NCBI GenBank assembly: GCA_040905925.1
Contig: JBBDQO010000018.1
Span: forward strand, 1-55,649
DNA length: 55,649 nt
Reading direction: 5' to 3'
Origin: Acidimicrobiia bacterium
GTDB taxonomy: Bacteria; Actinomycetota; Acidimicrobiia; Spongiisociales; ZC4RG35
In this document: piece by piece, positions 35,530 through 44,997 of the stretch
Numbering within the stretch: the first letter of the stretch is position 1
How the letters are laid out: each line of letters starts with the position of its first letter
Position numbers and translations under genes: made by a program
The notes under the pieces: model-generated
Databases searched by the model: none
Told to the model about the DNA's origin: nothing
Seen by the model: only the letters and a program-made list of their open reading frames with translations

Positions 35530-35657
35530 ATACCGGCCGACTTCGCCCCTCGGCAACCCTCAGTCCGGGCGTCGCGACGGCTTCAACTGCCTAACAGACC
35601 TCGGGGCGAACAGACGCCGGTCGGCCGGAGCTTCCGCCGCGTGTGGCGTCGGCCCCT

Positions 35658-36269
35658 TCACCTATTCCCGTAGTAGCTCAATACCTGGAGCTCCATCGAC
35701 AGGTCCACCTGACGCACCGTGACGTTGTCAGGGACGTTGACCAGGACCGGTGCGAAATTGAGGATGGAATTGATCCCAAGGGCCACCAGACGGTCGGTCA
35801 CCTGTTGGGCTGCGACCGCGGGCACGGCGAGGATCGCCATGTCGAAACATCCGCCCCGACAATCGCTATCCATGTCGTGGAGGTTCCGCACCTCCACCCG
35901 GCCCGCCCGGGAGCCGACTTTTCGGGTGTCGGTGTCGTAGACCGCAGCCACGTCGAAGCCCCGCCGGCTCAACCCAGCGTATGCCGCCAGTGCCCTTCCC
36001 AGGTTCCCGGCACCGATGATGGCGACCTGGCGGCGGTCGGCGATCCCCAGCTCCTGACGAATCCGGTGCCTCAGGTCGGCCACCGAGTATCCGACACCCC
36101 GGACCCCGTGAAAGTCGAGATGGGAGAGGTCACGCCGGACGTTGGCAGCATTGGCGCCGGCCGCCTCGGCCAACTCCTCGGAACTGACGGTCTCCTTGGA
36201 TTGGAAGTCCTCGAGCAATCGAAGGTACCGGGGGAGTCGGACCACGGTCGCCTTGGGAAGCTCACTCAT
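35658..36269 (-). CDS. rex: Redox-sensing transcriptional repressor Rex
   Basis: TVVRLPRYLRLLE...SSEELA...VRRDLS and Rossmann motif VAIIGAGNLGRALA. Start taken at MSELPK (36269). Confidence 0.9.
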   Translation of the reverse strand: MSELPKATVVRLPRYLRLLEDFQSKETVSSEELAEAAGANAANVRRDLSHLDFHGVRGVGYSVADLRHRIRQELGIADRRQVAIIGAGNLGRALAAYAGLSRRGFDVAAVYDTDTRKVGSRAGRVEVRNLHDMDSDCRGGCFDMAILAVPAVAAQQVTDRLVALGINSILNFAPVLVNVPDNVTVRQVDLSMELQVLSYYGNR

Positions 36270-36349
36270 CGCGGGCGACGTTAGACCTTCTGCCTCGATT
36301 CCCAGCTCGAAGGGTTCTTGCTCGATGCCAACCTCTAACCTGACCACCT

Positions 36350-37588
36350 ATGCCTTCTCCCTCGGTGCTCGTCATAGGTGGTGGCCCCGCCGGGTCGGCG
36401 GCCGCCTACTGGTTGGCACGGGAGGGACACGACGTCACCCTGGTCGAGAAGAAGGAATACCCCCGTGACAAGACCTGTGGCGATGGCCTGACCCCGCGGG
36501 CGGTCCTTCAACTCCAGGAGATGGGATTCGACTTCGAAGTGCCCCAGTTCCACACCATCACCGGGCTTCGCTCCTACGCCGGCGACGATCTGATGCTCGA
36601 ATTGCCCTGGCCCGAGCATTCCCGGTTCCCCAACTGGGGCGGAGTGATCCGGCGCAGCGACCTCGACTCACAGGTGGCAACGCTCGCCGCCAAACAGGGT
36701 GTCTCAATCCTGGAGAAGACCGAGGGATTCCCAACCATCGAGGGCGGCTTCCTCACCGGCGTTACCTTGAAGCACAACGGGTCGATCGATATGGTGACGC
36801 CCAGGGTGACCGTGATCGCAGACGGGTCCATGAACCGTTTCGGGCGGGAATTGGGCACCGAGCGACGCCGGGACTACCCGATGGGACTCGCCGCCCGGGG
36901 CTACTACTCGTCACCGCGTTCCACCGACCCCTTCCTGGAGAGCCAACTCGACCTGCGCGACTCCTCGGGAGCGACCATGCCCGGTTACGGCTGGGTGTTC
37001 CCTCTCGGTGACGGGACGGTCAACGTCGGTGTGGGCCTGCTCTCCACCTTCACGCGGTGGAAGCACGTCAACACCACGCACATGATGGCCCACTACGCCG
37101 CCACCGCCCCCTCCTACTGGGGGTTCAGCGAGGAATCCAAGCTGAGCAACCCGGTCGGGGGCAAGCTCACCATGTCGTTTTCGAAGGGGCCACTGGTCGG
37201 CTCCAACTGGATCACGGTCGGGGATGCCGCAGGGGCGATCAACCCCTGGAACGGCGAGGGGATCTCATACGCCTACGAGACGGGCCGGATGGCTGCCGAG
37301 CACATCGGAGAGGCTCTGACCCGGGACGACCTCGGGTTGCTCCGTCGCTATCCGCAGCATCTCGACGACGAGTACGGGCTCTACTACAAGACGGCGCGGG
37401 TCTTCGTGAAGCTGATCGGCCACCCCTCGGTGATGCGGACTCTGGCCCACACCGGCCTCCACAATCGCACGCTGATGGAGTGGACCCTCAAGGTGATGTC
37501 CAATCTCCTCGACGAGGACGACAAGCACATGGGGGAAGGGGTCTACGACGCCTTGGCCGGTGTGGTTCGGACTCTGCCGACCGCGTGA
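36350..37588 (+). CDS. Geranylgeranyl reductase family FAD-dependent oxidoreductase
   Basis: VLVIGGGPAGSAAAYWLAREGHDVTLVEKK, CGDGLTPR and GDAAGAINPWNGEGI. Confidence 0.85.
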   Translation: MPSPSVLVIGGGPAGSAAAYWLAREGHDVTLVEKKEYPRDKTCGDGLTPRAVLQLQEMGFDFEVPQFHTITGLRSYAGDDLMLELPWPEHSRFPNWGGVIRRSDLDSQVATLAAKQGVSILEKTEGFPTIEGGFLTGVTLKHNGSIDMVTPRVTVIADGSMNRFGRELGTERRRDYPMGLAARGYYSSPRSTDPFLESQLDLRDSSGATMPGYGWVFPLGDGTVNVGVGLLSTFTRWKHVNTTHMMAHYAATAPSYWGFSEESKLSNPVGGKLTMSFSKGPLVGSNWITVGDAAGAINPWNGEGISYAYETGRMAAEHIGEALTRDDLGLLRRYPQHLDDEYGLYYKTARVFVKLIGHPSVMRTLAHTGLHNRTLMEWTLKVMSNLLDEDDKHMGEGVYDALAGVVRTLPTA

Positions 37589-38250
37589 AACCCAAGCTTC
37601 TCGTCCTTGACGTCAACGAGACGCTTCTCGACCTTTCTCCATTGAGACTCGACTTCGAGGCAGTCTTTGGGAGCTCGGATCCGATGGGTGAGTGGTTCGC
37701 GCGATTGCTGCACGGTTCCCTGGTCGCCAACCACCTCGACGACTATCGAGCGTTCGGCGTGATCGGGGTTGAGGCGTTGCATGTCGTCGCGAAAAGGCGC
37801 CAAGTCGACCTCGACGGAGTCATCGCAACCCGGATCGTCTCCCATCTCGCCAGCCTGCCCGCGCACCGCGACGTGGTTCCCGCCCTGGAGCGACTCGTTG
37901 ATGCTGGTTTCGCCCTGGCAGTCCTCACCAACGGCAGCACCGAGACAGCCAATGCCCAAATCGAGAACGCAGGTCTGACGGCGTTTATCCAGCGGGTGAT
38001 CTCGGTCGAGGAGGTGGGGCGGTTCAAGCCCGACCCGGCCACCTATCGCCACGCTGCCCAGGTCATGGATGTGAGCGTCTCTGAGTCGATGCTGGTGGCG
38101 GCCCATGACTGGGACGTGGCAGGGGCGATGAAAACCGGCGCTCAGGGTGCCTTTGTCCAACGCCCTGGTTCGTTCTGGAGCCTGCCGACGCCGATGCCGG
38201 CAGTGGTAGGCGAGAACCTCGAGGAGATCGCCGACCAATTGGCCGTCTGA
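37585..38250 (+). CDS. HAD-superfamily hydrolase (haloacid dehalogenase type II-like)
   Basis: GTGA overlap with the upstream gene. Contains LVLDVNETLLD, LAVLTNGS and KPDPATY. Confidence 0.75.
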   Translation: MKPKLLVLDVNETLLDLSPLRLDFEAVFGSSDPMGEWFARLLHGSLVANHLDDYRAFGVIGVEALHVVAKRRQVDLDGVIATRIVSHLASLPAHRDVVPALERLVDAGFALAVLTNGSTETANAQIENAGLTAFIQRVISVEEVGRFKPDPATYRHAAQVMDVSVSESMLVAAHDWDVAGAMKTGAQGAFVQRPGSFWSLPTPMPAVVGENLEEIADQLAV

Positions 38251-38275
38251 TGTCATTGGGTTCTGGCCGTGTCGC

Positions 38276-39292
38276 TTAGAGGTGGGGCGCCACTTCTTCC
38301 GCCAGTTGTTGCATCAACGCGACCTGGTCCTCGTATTCCAGCGTTGCGAAATAGCTGCGAGCCACGAACTCGATAGACATCGAAGCCTGCTCCCGGACTC
38401 CGAGCAGAGTCGACACGATCTCGTCGCTCGAGCCGGCCACCGTAAAACGGTCCTGGAGACGCTTTCGGCGGTCCTCGGTCAACTCAGGTGCGGCCCGTGG
38501 GGGCCCTGATCGGGACGCCGATCCCTCCATGTCGGAGTACTTCCAGGTCATGTGCCACACATGATTGACATAGCGGGCCCAGGCGGCTTCTGGAGAGGTG
38601 CCAGGCAGAATCACCGAATAGTGGATGATCCGAAGCTCCGAAGGGTCACGTCCGATTCGCTCACATTCGTCCTCGATCCATCGGATCTGCTGGGTCAGCT
38701 TGTCCGGGGCGACATTGGAGAAGATCCCGTCGGCGAGCCGGGCCGCCCGCCGGATGGCCGCTTCGGCCCCGCCTCCGATGAGGATCGGGATCGAGACTGA
38801 CGGAACGGGACGCACCGCGACTTCGGGGAACTCGTACACCGAGCCCCGATGATGGAACGGCTCCCCCGCCCACGACTTTCGGAGCAAGGTCAGGATCTCC
38901 TCCATTGCCGCCCCCCGCCGGGTCATATCGGCCCCTAGGGCTGCGAATTCGACCTCGCTCCATCCGAGGCCAAGACCAAGTGTGAAGCGCCCACCACTGA
39001 GAAGGCTGACGGTGGCGGCGTCCTCAGCGAGCCGGAGCGGGTGATGTAATGGGGCGAGGATGACACCGGTGGCAATCTCGATGCTCGAGGTGGCGGCGGC
39101 GATCGCTGCACTGACCACCGCCAAGGAGGGCATGTACCCGTCATCGACGAAATGGTGCTCTGTGGTCCAGATCGAGGTGAGGCCCAGCAGCTCGGCCTCT
39201 GTGGCCAGGCGGATCGTTTCTTCGTAAGCACGCGACCAATCCCGTTCTCCCGGGCGCAACTGGGCACTGAGCAATCCGAATCCGAGGCTCAT
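38276..39292 (-). CDS. Luciferase-like (LLM class) flavin/F420-dependent oxidoreductase
   Basis: SIWTTEHHF..., LGLGLGW and IGGGAEAAIRRAARLADG. Start taken at MSLGFGLL (39292). Confidence 0.8.
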   Translation of the reverse strand: MSLGFGLLSAQLRPGERDWSRAYEETIRLATEAELLGLTSIWTTEHHFVDDGYMPSLAVVSAAIAAATSSIEIATGVILAPLHHPLRLAEDAATVSLLSGGRFTLGLGLGWSEVEFAALGADMTRRGAAMEEILTLLRKSWAGEPFHHRGSVYEFPEVAVRPVPSVSIPILIGGGAEAAIRRAARLADGIFSNVAPDKLTQQIRWIEDECERIGRDPSELRIIHYSVILPGTSPEAAWARYVNHVWHMTWKYSDMEGSASRSGPPRAAPELTEDRRKRLQDRFTVAGSSDEIVSTLLGVREQASMSIEFVARSYFATLEYEDQVALMQQLAEEVAPHL

Positions 39293-39415
39293 CTGGTCCT
39301 TTCGTTTGACAACTGCGCAGCCTATGGGCGTCGCCAGAGATAGGGCAGGCAGGCTGCGAGGTCGCAACCTGTGCCTGATTTACCGCACCAACCGGCCGGT
39401 TCTAAGCTCAGATCC

Positions 39416-39826
39416 GTGACACTCGCCGACTATCTGCCCATCGGCCTGATGCTGCTTCTGGCCGGGGCGTTCGTTGCGGTGTCGCTCAATGTCTCCCGAT
39501 TCTTCCGTCCGCACAACCCGACGCCGGAGAAGCTCGACCCGTACGAGAGCGGCATCGTCCCTGAGGTCGAGCCGGTACAACGATTCCCGGTGAAGTTCTA
39601 TCTGGTGGCGATGCTCTTTGTGATCTTCGACGTCGAGATCATCTTCCTGTTTGCTTGGGCGTCGATCTGGGACCGGCTGGGCTGGTACGGGGTGGCCGCC
39701 GTGTTCATCTTCACCTTCTTCGTGGCCGAGACCCTCGCCTACGTCTGGAAGCGGGGCGCCCTCGATTGGAACGTGCACCGGCGGACCCGCTACCTGCCCT
39801 CCGACTCGTCGGAGGAGGCGGCCTAG
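39416..39826 (+). CDS. nuoA: NADH-quinone oxidoreductase subunit A
   Basis: PYESGI...RFPVKFYLVAMLFVIFDVEIIFLFAW. The start is uncertain (GTG 39416 or GTG 39371). Confidence 0.85.
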   Translation: MTLADYLPIGLMLLLAGAFVAVSLNVSRFFRPHNPTPEKLDPYESGIVPEVEPVQRFPVKFYLVAMLFVIFDVEIIFLFAWASIWDRLGWYGVAAVFIFTFFVAETLAYVWKRGALDWNVHRRTRYLPSDSSEEAA

Positions 39827-40294
39827 ATGGCCACCACCGCTCCGGGCAACCTGATGATGACCACCGTCGACAAGGCGGCGCGTTGGGCCCGGACCCGGTC
39901 GATGTTCCCCGCCACCTTCGGGCTGGCCTGCTGTGCCATCGAGATGATGGCCACCGGCGCCGCCCACTACGACCTGGCTCGCTTCGGGATGGAGGTCTTC
40001 CGCGCCTCACCGCGGCAGGCGGACCTCATGATCGTTGCCGGCCGGGTGAGCCAGAAGATGGCTCCCGTCCTGCGCCAGGTCTACGACCAGATGCCAGACC
40101 CCAAGTGGGTGATCTCGATGGGAGCCTGTGCCTCGACCGGCGGCATGTTCAACAACTACGCCCTGGTCCAGGGTGTCGACCAGGTGGTCCCGGTGGATAT
40201 CTACGTGCCCGGGTGCCCGCCCGGCCCGCAAAGCCTGATGCACGGCATCCTCACCCTTCACGACAAGATCATGAACGGCGAGATCAACAATTGA
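39827..40294 (+). CDS. nuoB: NADH-quinone oxidoreductase subunit B
   Basis: [18 protein letters not shown] and PGCPP. GGAGGAGG RBS. Confidence 0.95.
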   Translation: MATTAPGNLMMTTVDKAARWARTRSMFPATFGLACCAIEMMATGAAHYDLARFGMEVFRASPRQADLMIVAGRVSQKMAPVLRQVYDQMPDPKWVISMGACASTGGMFNNYALVQGVDQVVPVDIYVPGCPPGPQSLMHGILTLHDKIMNGEINN

Positions 40295-40827
40295 GCGACG
40301 AGACGACGACCCTCGAGGGGACGCCGCCGGCTGAACCCACACGACCGCTTCCCGAGAATCCAGTGCTTCGGACCTTGTTCGAGGGCTTTGAAGCGGTGGG
40401 ATGGGAGAGCTCGCTCGGTCAGGACGTGGCACGGGTTCCCAACGAGACATGGGCCGAGTTCGCACATGCCGCCAAGGAAGCCGGTTTCGAGGTCTGTGTC
40501 GACGTGACCGTCGTCGACTGGATGCGGGAGCGCCCCGAGCGGTTCGAGATCGTGGCCAACCTGCTTTCGATGTCCCACAAGCTTCGGCTCCGGATGATGA
40601 CCACCGCGGGGCGGATCGATCCGTCGGTCGCGTCCCTGGTCCCGATCTGGCCCGGGGCCAACTTCGCCGAGCGCGAGGCTTACGACATGTTCGGCGTGGA
40701 TTTTGAGGGACACCCCGATCTGACCCGCATCCTGATGCCCGACGAGTGGGAGGGTCACCCGTTACGCAAGGACTTCGCGGTCGGATCGGTCCCGGTGCAG
40801 TTCAAGGAAAGCCATCAGGTGACTTGA
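40291..40827 (+). CDS. nuoC: NADH-quinone oxidoreductase subunit C
   Basis: TTGA overlap with nuoB. Contains [24 protein letters not shown]. Confidence 0.9.
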   Translation: MSDETTTLEGTPPAEPTRPLPENPVLRTLFEGFEAVGWESSLGQDVARVPNETWAEFAHAAKEAGFEVCVDVTVVDWMRERPERFEIVANLLSMSHKLRLRMMTTAGRIDPSVASLVPIWPGANFAEREAYDMFGVDFEGHPDLTRILMPDEWEGHPLRKDFAVGSVPVQFKESHQVT

Positions 40828-40828
40828 G

Positions 40829-42190
40829 ATGAGCGAGCCAACCTCCGAAAGCCCCGAGATCACCGAGACCCTGGAACTCTGGGTCGCCGGAACCGAGGAG
40901 CCCGAGTTCAGCCCCACCGACGAGGGCGAACAGGAGATCTCTGACCACGAGTCGGAGGTTCGTCTCGATGAGCAATTCGGCCGGGTGGTGGAGGACGATT
41001 ACGTGTTCGACGACGGGATCGACGAGGGGGAGCGGATGATCCTGAACATGGGCCCCCAGCATCCTTCGACCCACGGCGTGCTCAGGCTCCAGATCGAGCT
41101 CGAGGGCGAGATCATCCGGCGTACCAAGCCGATCATCGGTTATCTCCACACCGGGATGGAGAAGACGGGGGAGCAGCTCAACTTCTCCCAGGGTGGGACC
41201 AATGTGACCCGAATGGACTATCTGGCTCCGTTCCACAACGAGCTGGCCTATTCCCTTGCAGTGGAGCGGTTGCTCGGGATCGAGGTTCCTCCCCGGGCGG
41301 CCGCGATCAGAGTCCTTCTCACCGAGTTGAACCGGTGCTCTTCCCACCTGGTGGCCCTGGCCACCAACGGAATGGACATCGGCGCCGTCTCCATGATGAT
41401 CTATGGGTTCAGGGAGAGGGAGCAGATCCTCGCCTTCTTCGAGAAGACCACCGGGCTACGGATGAACCACAACTTCATCCGTCCCGGTGGGGTGGCCGCA
41501 GACCTGGCGCCGGGTTGGAAGGACGATGTGGCAGCGATCCTGGTTGAGCTGCCGAAACGTGTGCACCAGTACGACGACCTGCTGAAGGACAACCCGATCT
41601 GGCAGGCTCGGACCCGTGGTGTCGGGGTCATCACCGCAGAGGAGGCGATTGCCTACGGGATCACCGGGCCGCCGCTACGGGCAACAGGGGTCTCCTGGGA
41701 CCTGCGCAAGGCATTCCCCTACTCCGGGATAGAGAACTACGAGTTCGAGGTGGCTGTCGGAGAGCACGGCGACGTCTACGACCGCTACCGGATCCGGATC
41801 GACGAGATCCACGAGTCGTTGAAGATCGTGGAGCAGGTGATGGACTCGATGCCCAAGGGTGACTTCCGGGTGGACGACCGCAAGGTGACACCACCGCCCC
41901 GGGCCCGCATCGATGAGTCGATGGAGGCCCTGATCCATCACTTCAAGCTGTTCACGGAGGGGTTCAAGGTGCCGCCCGGCGAGACATACGTGGCGGTGGA
42001 GTCACCGAGAGGGGAACTGGGCTGTTATCTGGTCTCCGACGGAGAGGCCCGCCCCTACCGGATGCACACCCGGGCGCCTTCGTTCACCAACCTCCAGGCG
42101 TTGCCTATCGCCATGGCCGACTCGCTTATGGCCGACACCGTGGCCACCATCGCCTCTATGGACCCGGTGATGGGGGACGTCGACCGCTAG
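40829..42190 (+). CDS. nuoD: NADH-quinone oxidoreductase subunit D
   Basis: MILNMGPQHPSTHGVLRL, GYLHTGMEK and DPVMGDVDR at the C-terminus. Confidence 0.95.
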   Translation: MSEPTSESPEITETLELWVAGTEEPEFSPTDEGEQEISDHESEVRLDEQFGRVVEDDYVFDDGIDEGERMILNMGPQHPSTHGVLRLQIELEGEIIRRTKPIIGYLHTGMEKTGEQLNFSQGGTNVTRMDYLAPFHNELAYSLAVERLLGIEVPPRAAAIRVLLTELNRCSSHLVALATNGMDIGAVSMMIYGFREREQILAFFEKTTGLRMNHNFIRPGGVAADLAPGWKDDVAAILVELPKRVHQYDDLLKDNPIWQARTRGVGVITAEEAIAYGITGPPLRATGVSWDLRKAFPYSGIENYEFEVAVGEHGDVYDRYRIRIDEIHESLKIVEQVMDSMPKGDFRVDDRKVTPPPRARIDESMEALIHHFKLFTEGFKVPPGETYVAVESPRGELGCYLVSDGEARPYRMHTRAPSFTNLQALPIAMADSLMADTVATIASMDPVMGDVDR

Positions 42191-42193
42191 CAC

Positions 42194-42229
42194 CGCTTAC
42201 CTGAGGTACCTGGCGCCATATATGGCGCC
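42194..42229. repeat. Left 36-bp inverted repeat bounding the nuoD-nuoE cassette
   Basis: CGCTTACCTGAGGTACCTGGCGCCATATATGGCGCC is the reverse complement of 46502-46537 at 34 of 36 positions. It contains the palindrome GGCGCCATATATGGCGCC. Confidence 0.9.
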
Positions 42230-42253
42230 ACCTCGACATGGTTGCCCAGGAAC

Positions 42254-42673
42254 TCAGGATGTGAGAGCGAGCTGCCTCAACATCGCCGCGGTGTCCCAAT
42301 ACGACAGGATGGAGTCGATCTGGCCGTCGACGAAATCGATACGGAACGCTCCGTTGGTCCGGTATTCCTTGCCCGTTGGGTCGTGGGGTCCCATCGATCC
42401 AAGCATCGTCCCTCCATGTGAGATCTCGGCGAAGATGGTCGTGGCGTCGGACACTGTGTCGAGCTCTTCCATGCGCATGTCGGGAAAGGTCGTGAAGATG
42501 GTCTGCCAGTGCTTTCTCGCCTCTTCCTTGCCTTTCGCTGGCGGCATGGCGGCCCCAGCTGCACTCTGGATGGTGATGCTCTCACTGACCATCGTCAGCA
42601 TCTGGTCGATGTCGTGGGCGCGGTGAGCCGCTATCCAGCGACTGAAAACTTCGAGATTCTGTCTGTCGGACAT
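42254..42673 (-). CDS. SnoaL-like / NTF2-fold (ester cyclase-like) protein
   Basis: 139 aa. NLEVFSRWIAAHRAHDIDQMLTMVSE...FAEISHGGT...FRIDFVDGQI. Confidence 0.65.
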   Translation of the reverse strand: MSDRQNLEVFSRWIAAHRAHDIDQMLTMVSESITIQSAAGAAMPPAKGKEEARKHWQTIFTTFPDMRMEELDTVSDATTIFAEISHGGTMLGSMGPHDPTGKEYRTNGAFRIDFVDGQIDSILSYWDTAAMLRQLALTS

Positions 42674-42734
42674 TGTTCCTCCTTGGCTTCGTCCTCAAAG
42701 GGAACATACGACCAGATTCCTGACGTGTCAACTA

Positions 42735-42763
42735 CTGTTCTGGCAATTACTGATGCGGAACAG
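42735..42763. promoter_or_regulatory. Candidate MarR operator (inverted repeat) in the divergent intergenic region
   Basis: CTGTTC (42735-42740), 17 nt, then GAACAG (42758-42763), between the SnoaL-like and MarR genes. Confidence 0.3.
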
Positions 42764-42782
42764 AGCTGCGTAGGATGACGGG

Positions 42783-43238
42783 ATGAAGTCGCCACTGACC
42801 GCCGAAGCCCTCGACGCATGGCGCGCGATGCTGTTCGCCAGTTCGCATGTGGTTCAGGCCCTCGGCGCCGACATGGAGGAAGACCACGGTCTGCCCATCA
42901 CCTGGTTCGATGTCCTGGGCAGGCTGCGCCAGGCCCCTGAAGGTCGGCTTCGCATGCACGAGCTGGAGGAGCAGTCAGTCTTCACCAGGAGCGGTATCAC
43001 CAGGCTCGCTGATCGCATCGAGAATGCAGGCTTGATCGAAAGGGTGAGGTCCTCGTCTGACCGGCGTGGGGTCTACCTCAGGATCACCAACGCCGGGATC
43101 GAGAAGCTCGATGAGATCTGGCCGGATCACCAGCGGAGTATCTGGCAGCACTTCGCCCGCCACCTCGACGCCTCCGACCTTAGGGCGTTGCAACGCGCTG
43201 CAGAGAAGATCAAGGCAGCCCGAGAGGAATCACGGTAG
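42783..43238 (+). CDS. MarR family transcriptional regulator
   Basis: Winged-helix segment FDVLGRL...MHELEEQSVFTRSGITRLADRIENAGLIERVRSSSDRRGVYLRITNAG. Confidence 0.85.
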   Translation: MKSPLTAEALDAWRAMLFASSHVVQALGADMEEDHGLPITWFDVLGRLRQAPEGRLRMHELEEQSVFTRSGITRLADRIENAGLIERVRSSSDRRGVYLRITNAGIEKLDEIWPDHQRSIWQHFARHLDASDLRALQRAAEKIKAAREESR

Positions 43239-43288
43239 AGCTGGGATCGATCAGAGCCAGCCTTGACGATCGAGACGGAAGTCGACTG

Positions 43289-43636
43289 CTAGAGGTCAGG
43301 CGGCAGCGCGGCGAGGCCGGCGGCCGTCATTTGTCCCTCGTCAACCATCCGGCGGGCGATCTTGCGATTCGGTTCCGACCAATTCGAGCCAGGACGTCGC
43401 GGGGCGAAGCGGATTGCCCAGCGCTCGTCATCGATCCGTTGGCCATGAAAGTCGACCCAGCCGTGACGGAGCGCCGTTTCCTGCAACTCGGCCAGGGTGA
43501 CCGTCTGTTTGCCAGATCCCTTCTTGTATAGGGCGACCACGATCTCCCGCGCGCTTTCTCCATGAGCGTCAAGCCATTGGTCGAACTCGGCCTGGCTGGT
43601 GATGAGGATGGACTGTGAGGTGTCTCTAGGGCTCAT
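43289..43636 (-). CDS. YdeI/OmpD-associated family protein
   Basis: VALYKKGSGKQTVTLAELQETALRHGWVD...RFAPRRPGSNWSEPNRKIARRMVDEGQMTAAG. Start taken at MSPRD (43636). Confidence 0.7.
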   Translation of the reverse strand: MSPRDTSQSILITSQAEFDQWLDAHGESAREIVVALYKKGSGKQTVTLAELQETALRHGWVDFHGQRIDDERWAIRFAPRRPGSNWSEPNRKIARRMVDEGQMTAAGLAALPPDL

Positions 43637-43649
43637 GGCGATTCCGGCC

Positions 43650-44612
43650 TCACTCGACGGCTGGGACCGTGGAGTTCGGCACCGACTCCTCATCGGCCAG
43701 ACTCGGGAATCCAAGCGAAGGGGGCGGCATCGGATTCAGACCCCCCGCCCCGTCGTACACCGAAAGATCGAGCGGATACAGGTTGGGAATGATCTGCCCG
43801 TATATGTCGCGTTCGAACAAAACGGTTCCTTCGCCGAAGTCATACGGGGTGTCGACAGGGAGGTAGTCGACCTCCTCATAGGCGTATGTGGGCAACGTGA
43901 GCAACGGCCGCCCTTCGCTGTCGAACAGAAGCACCTCAACCGGATTGCCATCCATGTCGTACGCATAGACGTTGTTGATCGAGTTTCCCTCGGCAGTGGT
44001 CAAGCGATCGAAATACGGGTAAGGATCGACGACTTCCGTGTCTGTATACACCGGGTTGAGGAGGGTGCCCACCAGTGCCCACCCGGCGATGAACGAGAAC
44101 GTCATCGACCCGAGCCTGCGGAGCGGGACCTCGGGTCCCTGGTCGAGCCAGATCGAGAGGGCTGTTGCCATTACGACGAGGATCAGACCGGTCAATGAGC
44201 TGGAGCCGATGGCAGGGACGGGGAAGCGCCGGAAGATCTGACCCGTATCGGCCAAAGCCCAGGCGCAGATCACCAGCCAGCCTCGGGCCCAGATCCAGAC
44301 CGGGCGCACGGTGGACCAGTGTGTAAATCGGGCGAGTCTCTGTGCCCTGTCGTCCAGTCGGTCCCGGAGCCGACGGACGGCGTCCCATCTCGGGAGGGGA
44401 GTCGGTTCCTCCAATCCGGCGCTGCTCCGGAATTCGGCTGCGAAGGCCTCGGGATCGCCCAACTCGGCCTCGATTCGACCGTCATCCAGTTCAGCCAGGT
44501 GTGCCTCCAGGTCTTGAACGATCTCCTCCCGCTCCTCCTCTGGCAGGTCGGAGAGCTGGTCTCGAACCTGTTCCAGATAGCGAGCCTTGGCGGCGGACAA
44601 CGTGATGCTCAT
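43650..44612 (-). CDS. HAAS/DUF1700-type membrane protein (PadR partner) with a C-terminal extracytoplasmic domain
   Basis: ARYLEQVRDQLSDLPEEEREEIVQDLEAHLAE, followed by TM helices. 4-nt overlap with the PadR gene. Confidence 0.65.
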   Translation of the reverse strand: MSITLSAAKARYLEQVRDQLSDLPEEEREEIVQDLEAHLAELDDGRIEAELGDPEAFAAEFRSSAGLEEPTPLPRWDAVRRLRDRLDDRAQRLARFTHWSTVRPVWIWARGWLVICAWALADTGQIFRRFPVPAIGSSSLTGLILVVMATALSIWLDQGPEVPLRRLGSMTFSFIAGWALVGTLLNPVYTDTEVVDPYPYFDRLTTAEGNSINNVYAYDMDGNPVEVLLFDSEGRPLLTLPTYAYEEVDYLPVDTPYDFGEGTVLFERDIYGQIIPNLYPLDLSVYDGAGGLNPMPPPSLGFPSLADEESVPNSTVPAVE

Positions 44613-44938
44613 TCCTCCTCCTCTCCCTGCAGCAGACCATTCATGGTGTCGGCAAACCCAATCCAGGACTTGGTCGACTGCTCCAGCATGTCGATTCCGG
44701 CGCCGTTCAGCCCGTAGTACTTGCGGGCCGGCCCCTCCTCCGAGGGGACGATCTCGGATGTCAGGTACCCACCACCGAACAAACGGCGGAGTGTTCCGTA
44801 TACAGAGGCGTCGCCGACCCCCTCGAAGCCCGACTCACGAAGCTGCCGGACGAGGTCGTAGCCGTAGGTGCGACCACGGCGCAGGACTGCCAGGACGGCC
44901 GTGTCCAACACTCCTTTGAGCAGCTGGGTCTGATCCAT
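44609..44938 (-). CDS. PadR family transcriptional regulator
   Basis: LLKGVLDTAVLAVLRRGRTYGYDLVRQL...ASVYGTLRRL...RKYYGLN. Start taken at MDQTQ (44938). Confidence 0.88.
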   Translation of the reverse strand: MDQTQLLKGVLDTAVLAVLRRGRTYGYDLVRQLRESGFEGVGDASVYGTLRRLFGGGYLTSEIVPSEEGPARKYYGLNGAGIDMLEQSTKSWIGFADTMNGLLQGEEEE

Positions 44939-44952
44939 ATGGAACCTCCTTA

Positions 44953-44995
44953 GGTAGTGCGCTCCAGACACTACCACGCAATGCGGAGTAGTGCG
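44953..44995. promoter_or_regulatory. Candidate PadR operator
   Basis: Perfect inverted repeat GGTAGTG (44953-44959) / CACTACC (44969-44975), plus a third GTAGTGCG half-site (44988-44995) directly upstream of the PadR start. Confidence 0.4.
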
Positions 44996-44997
44996 TT

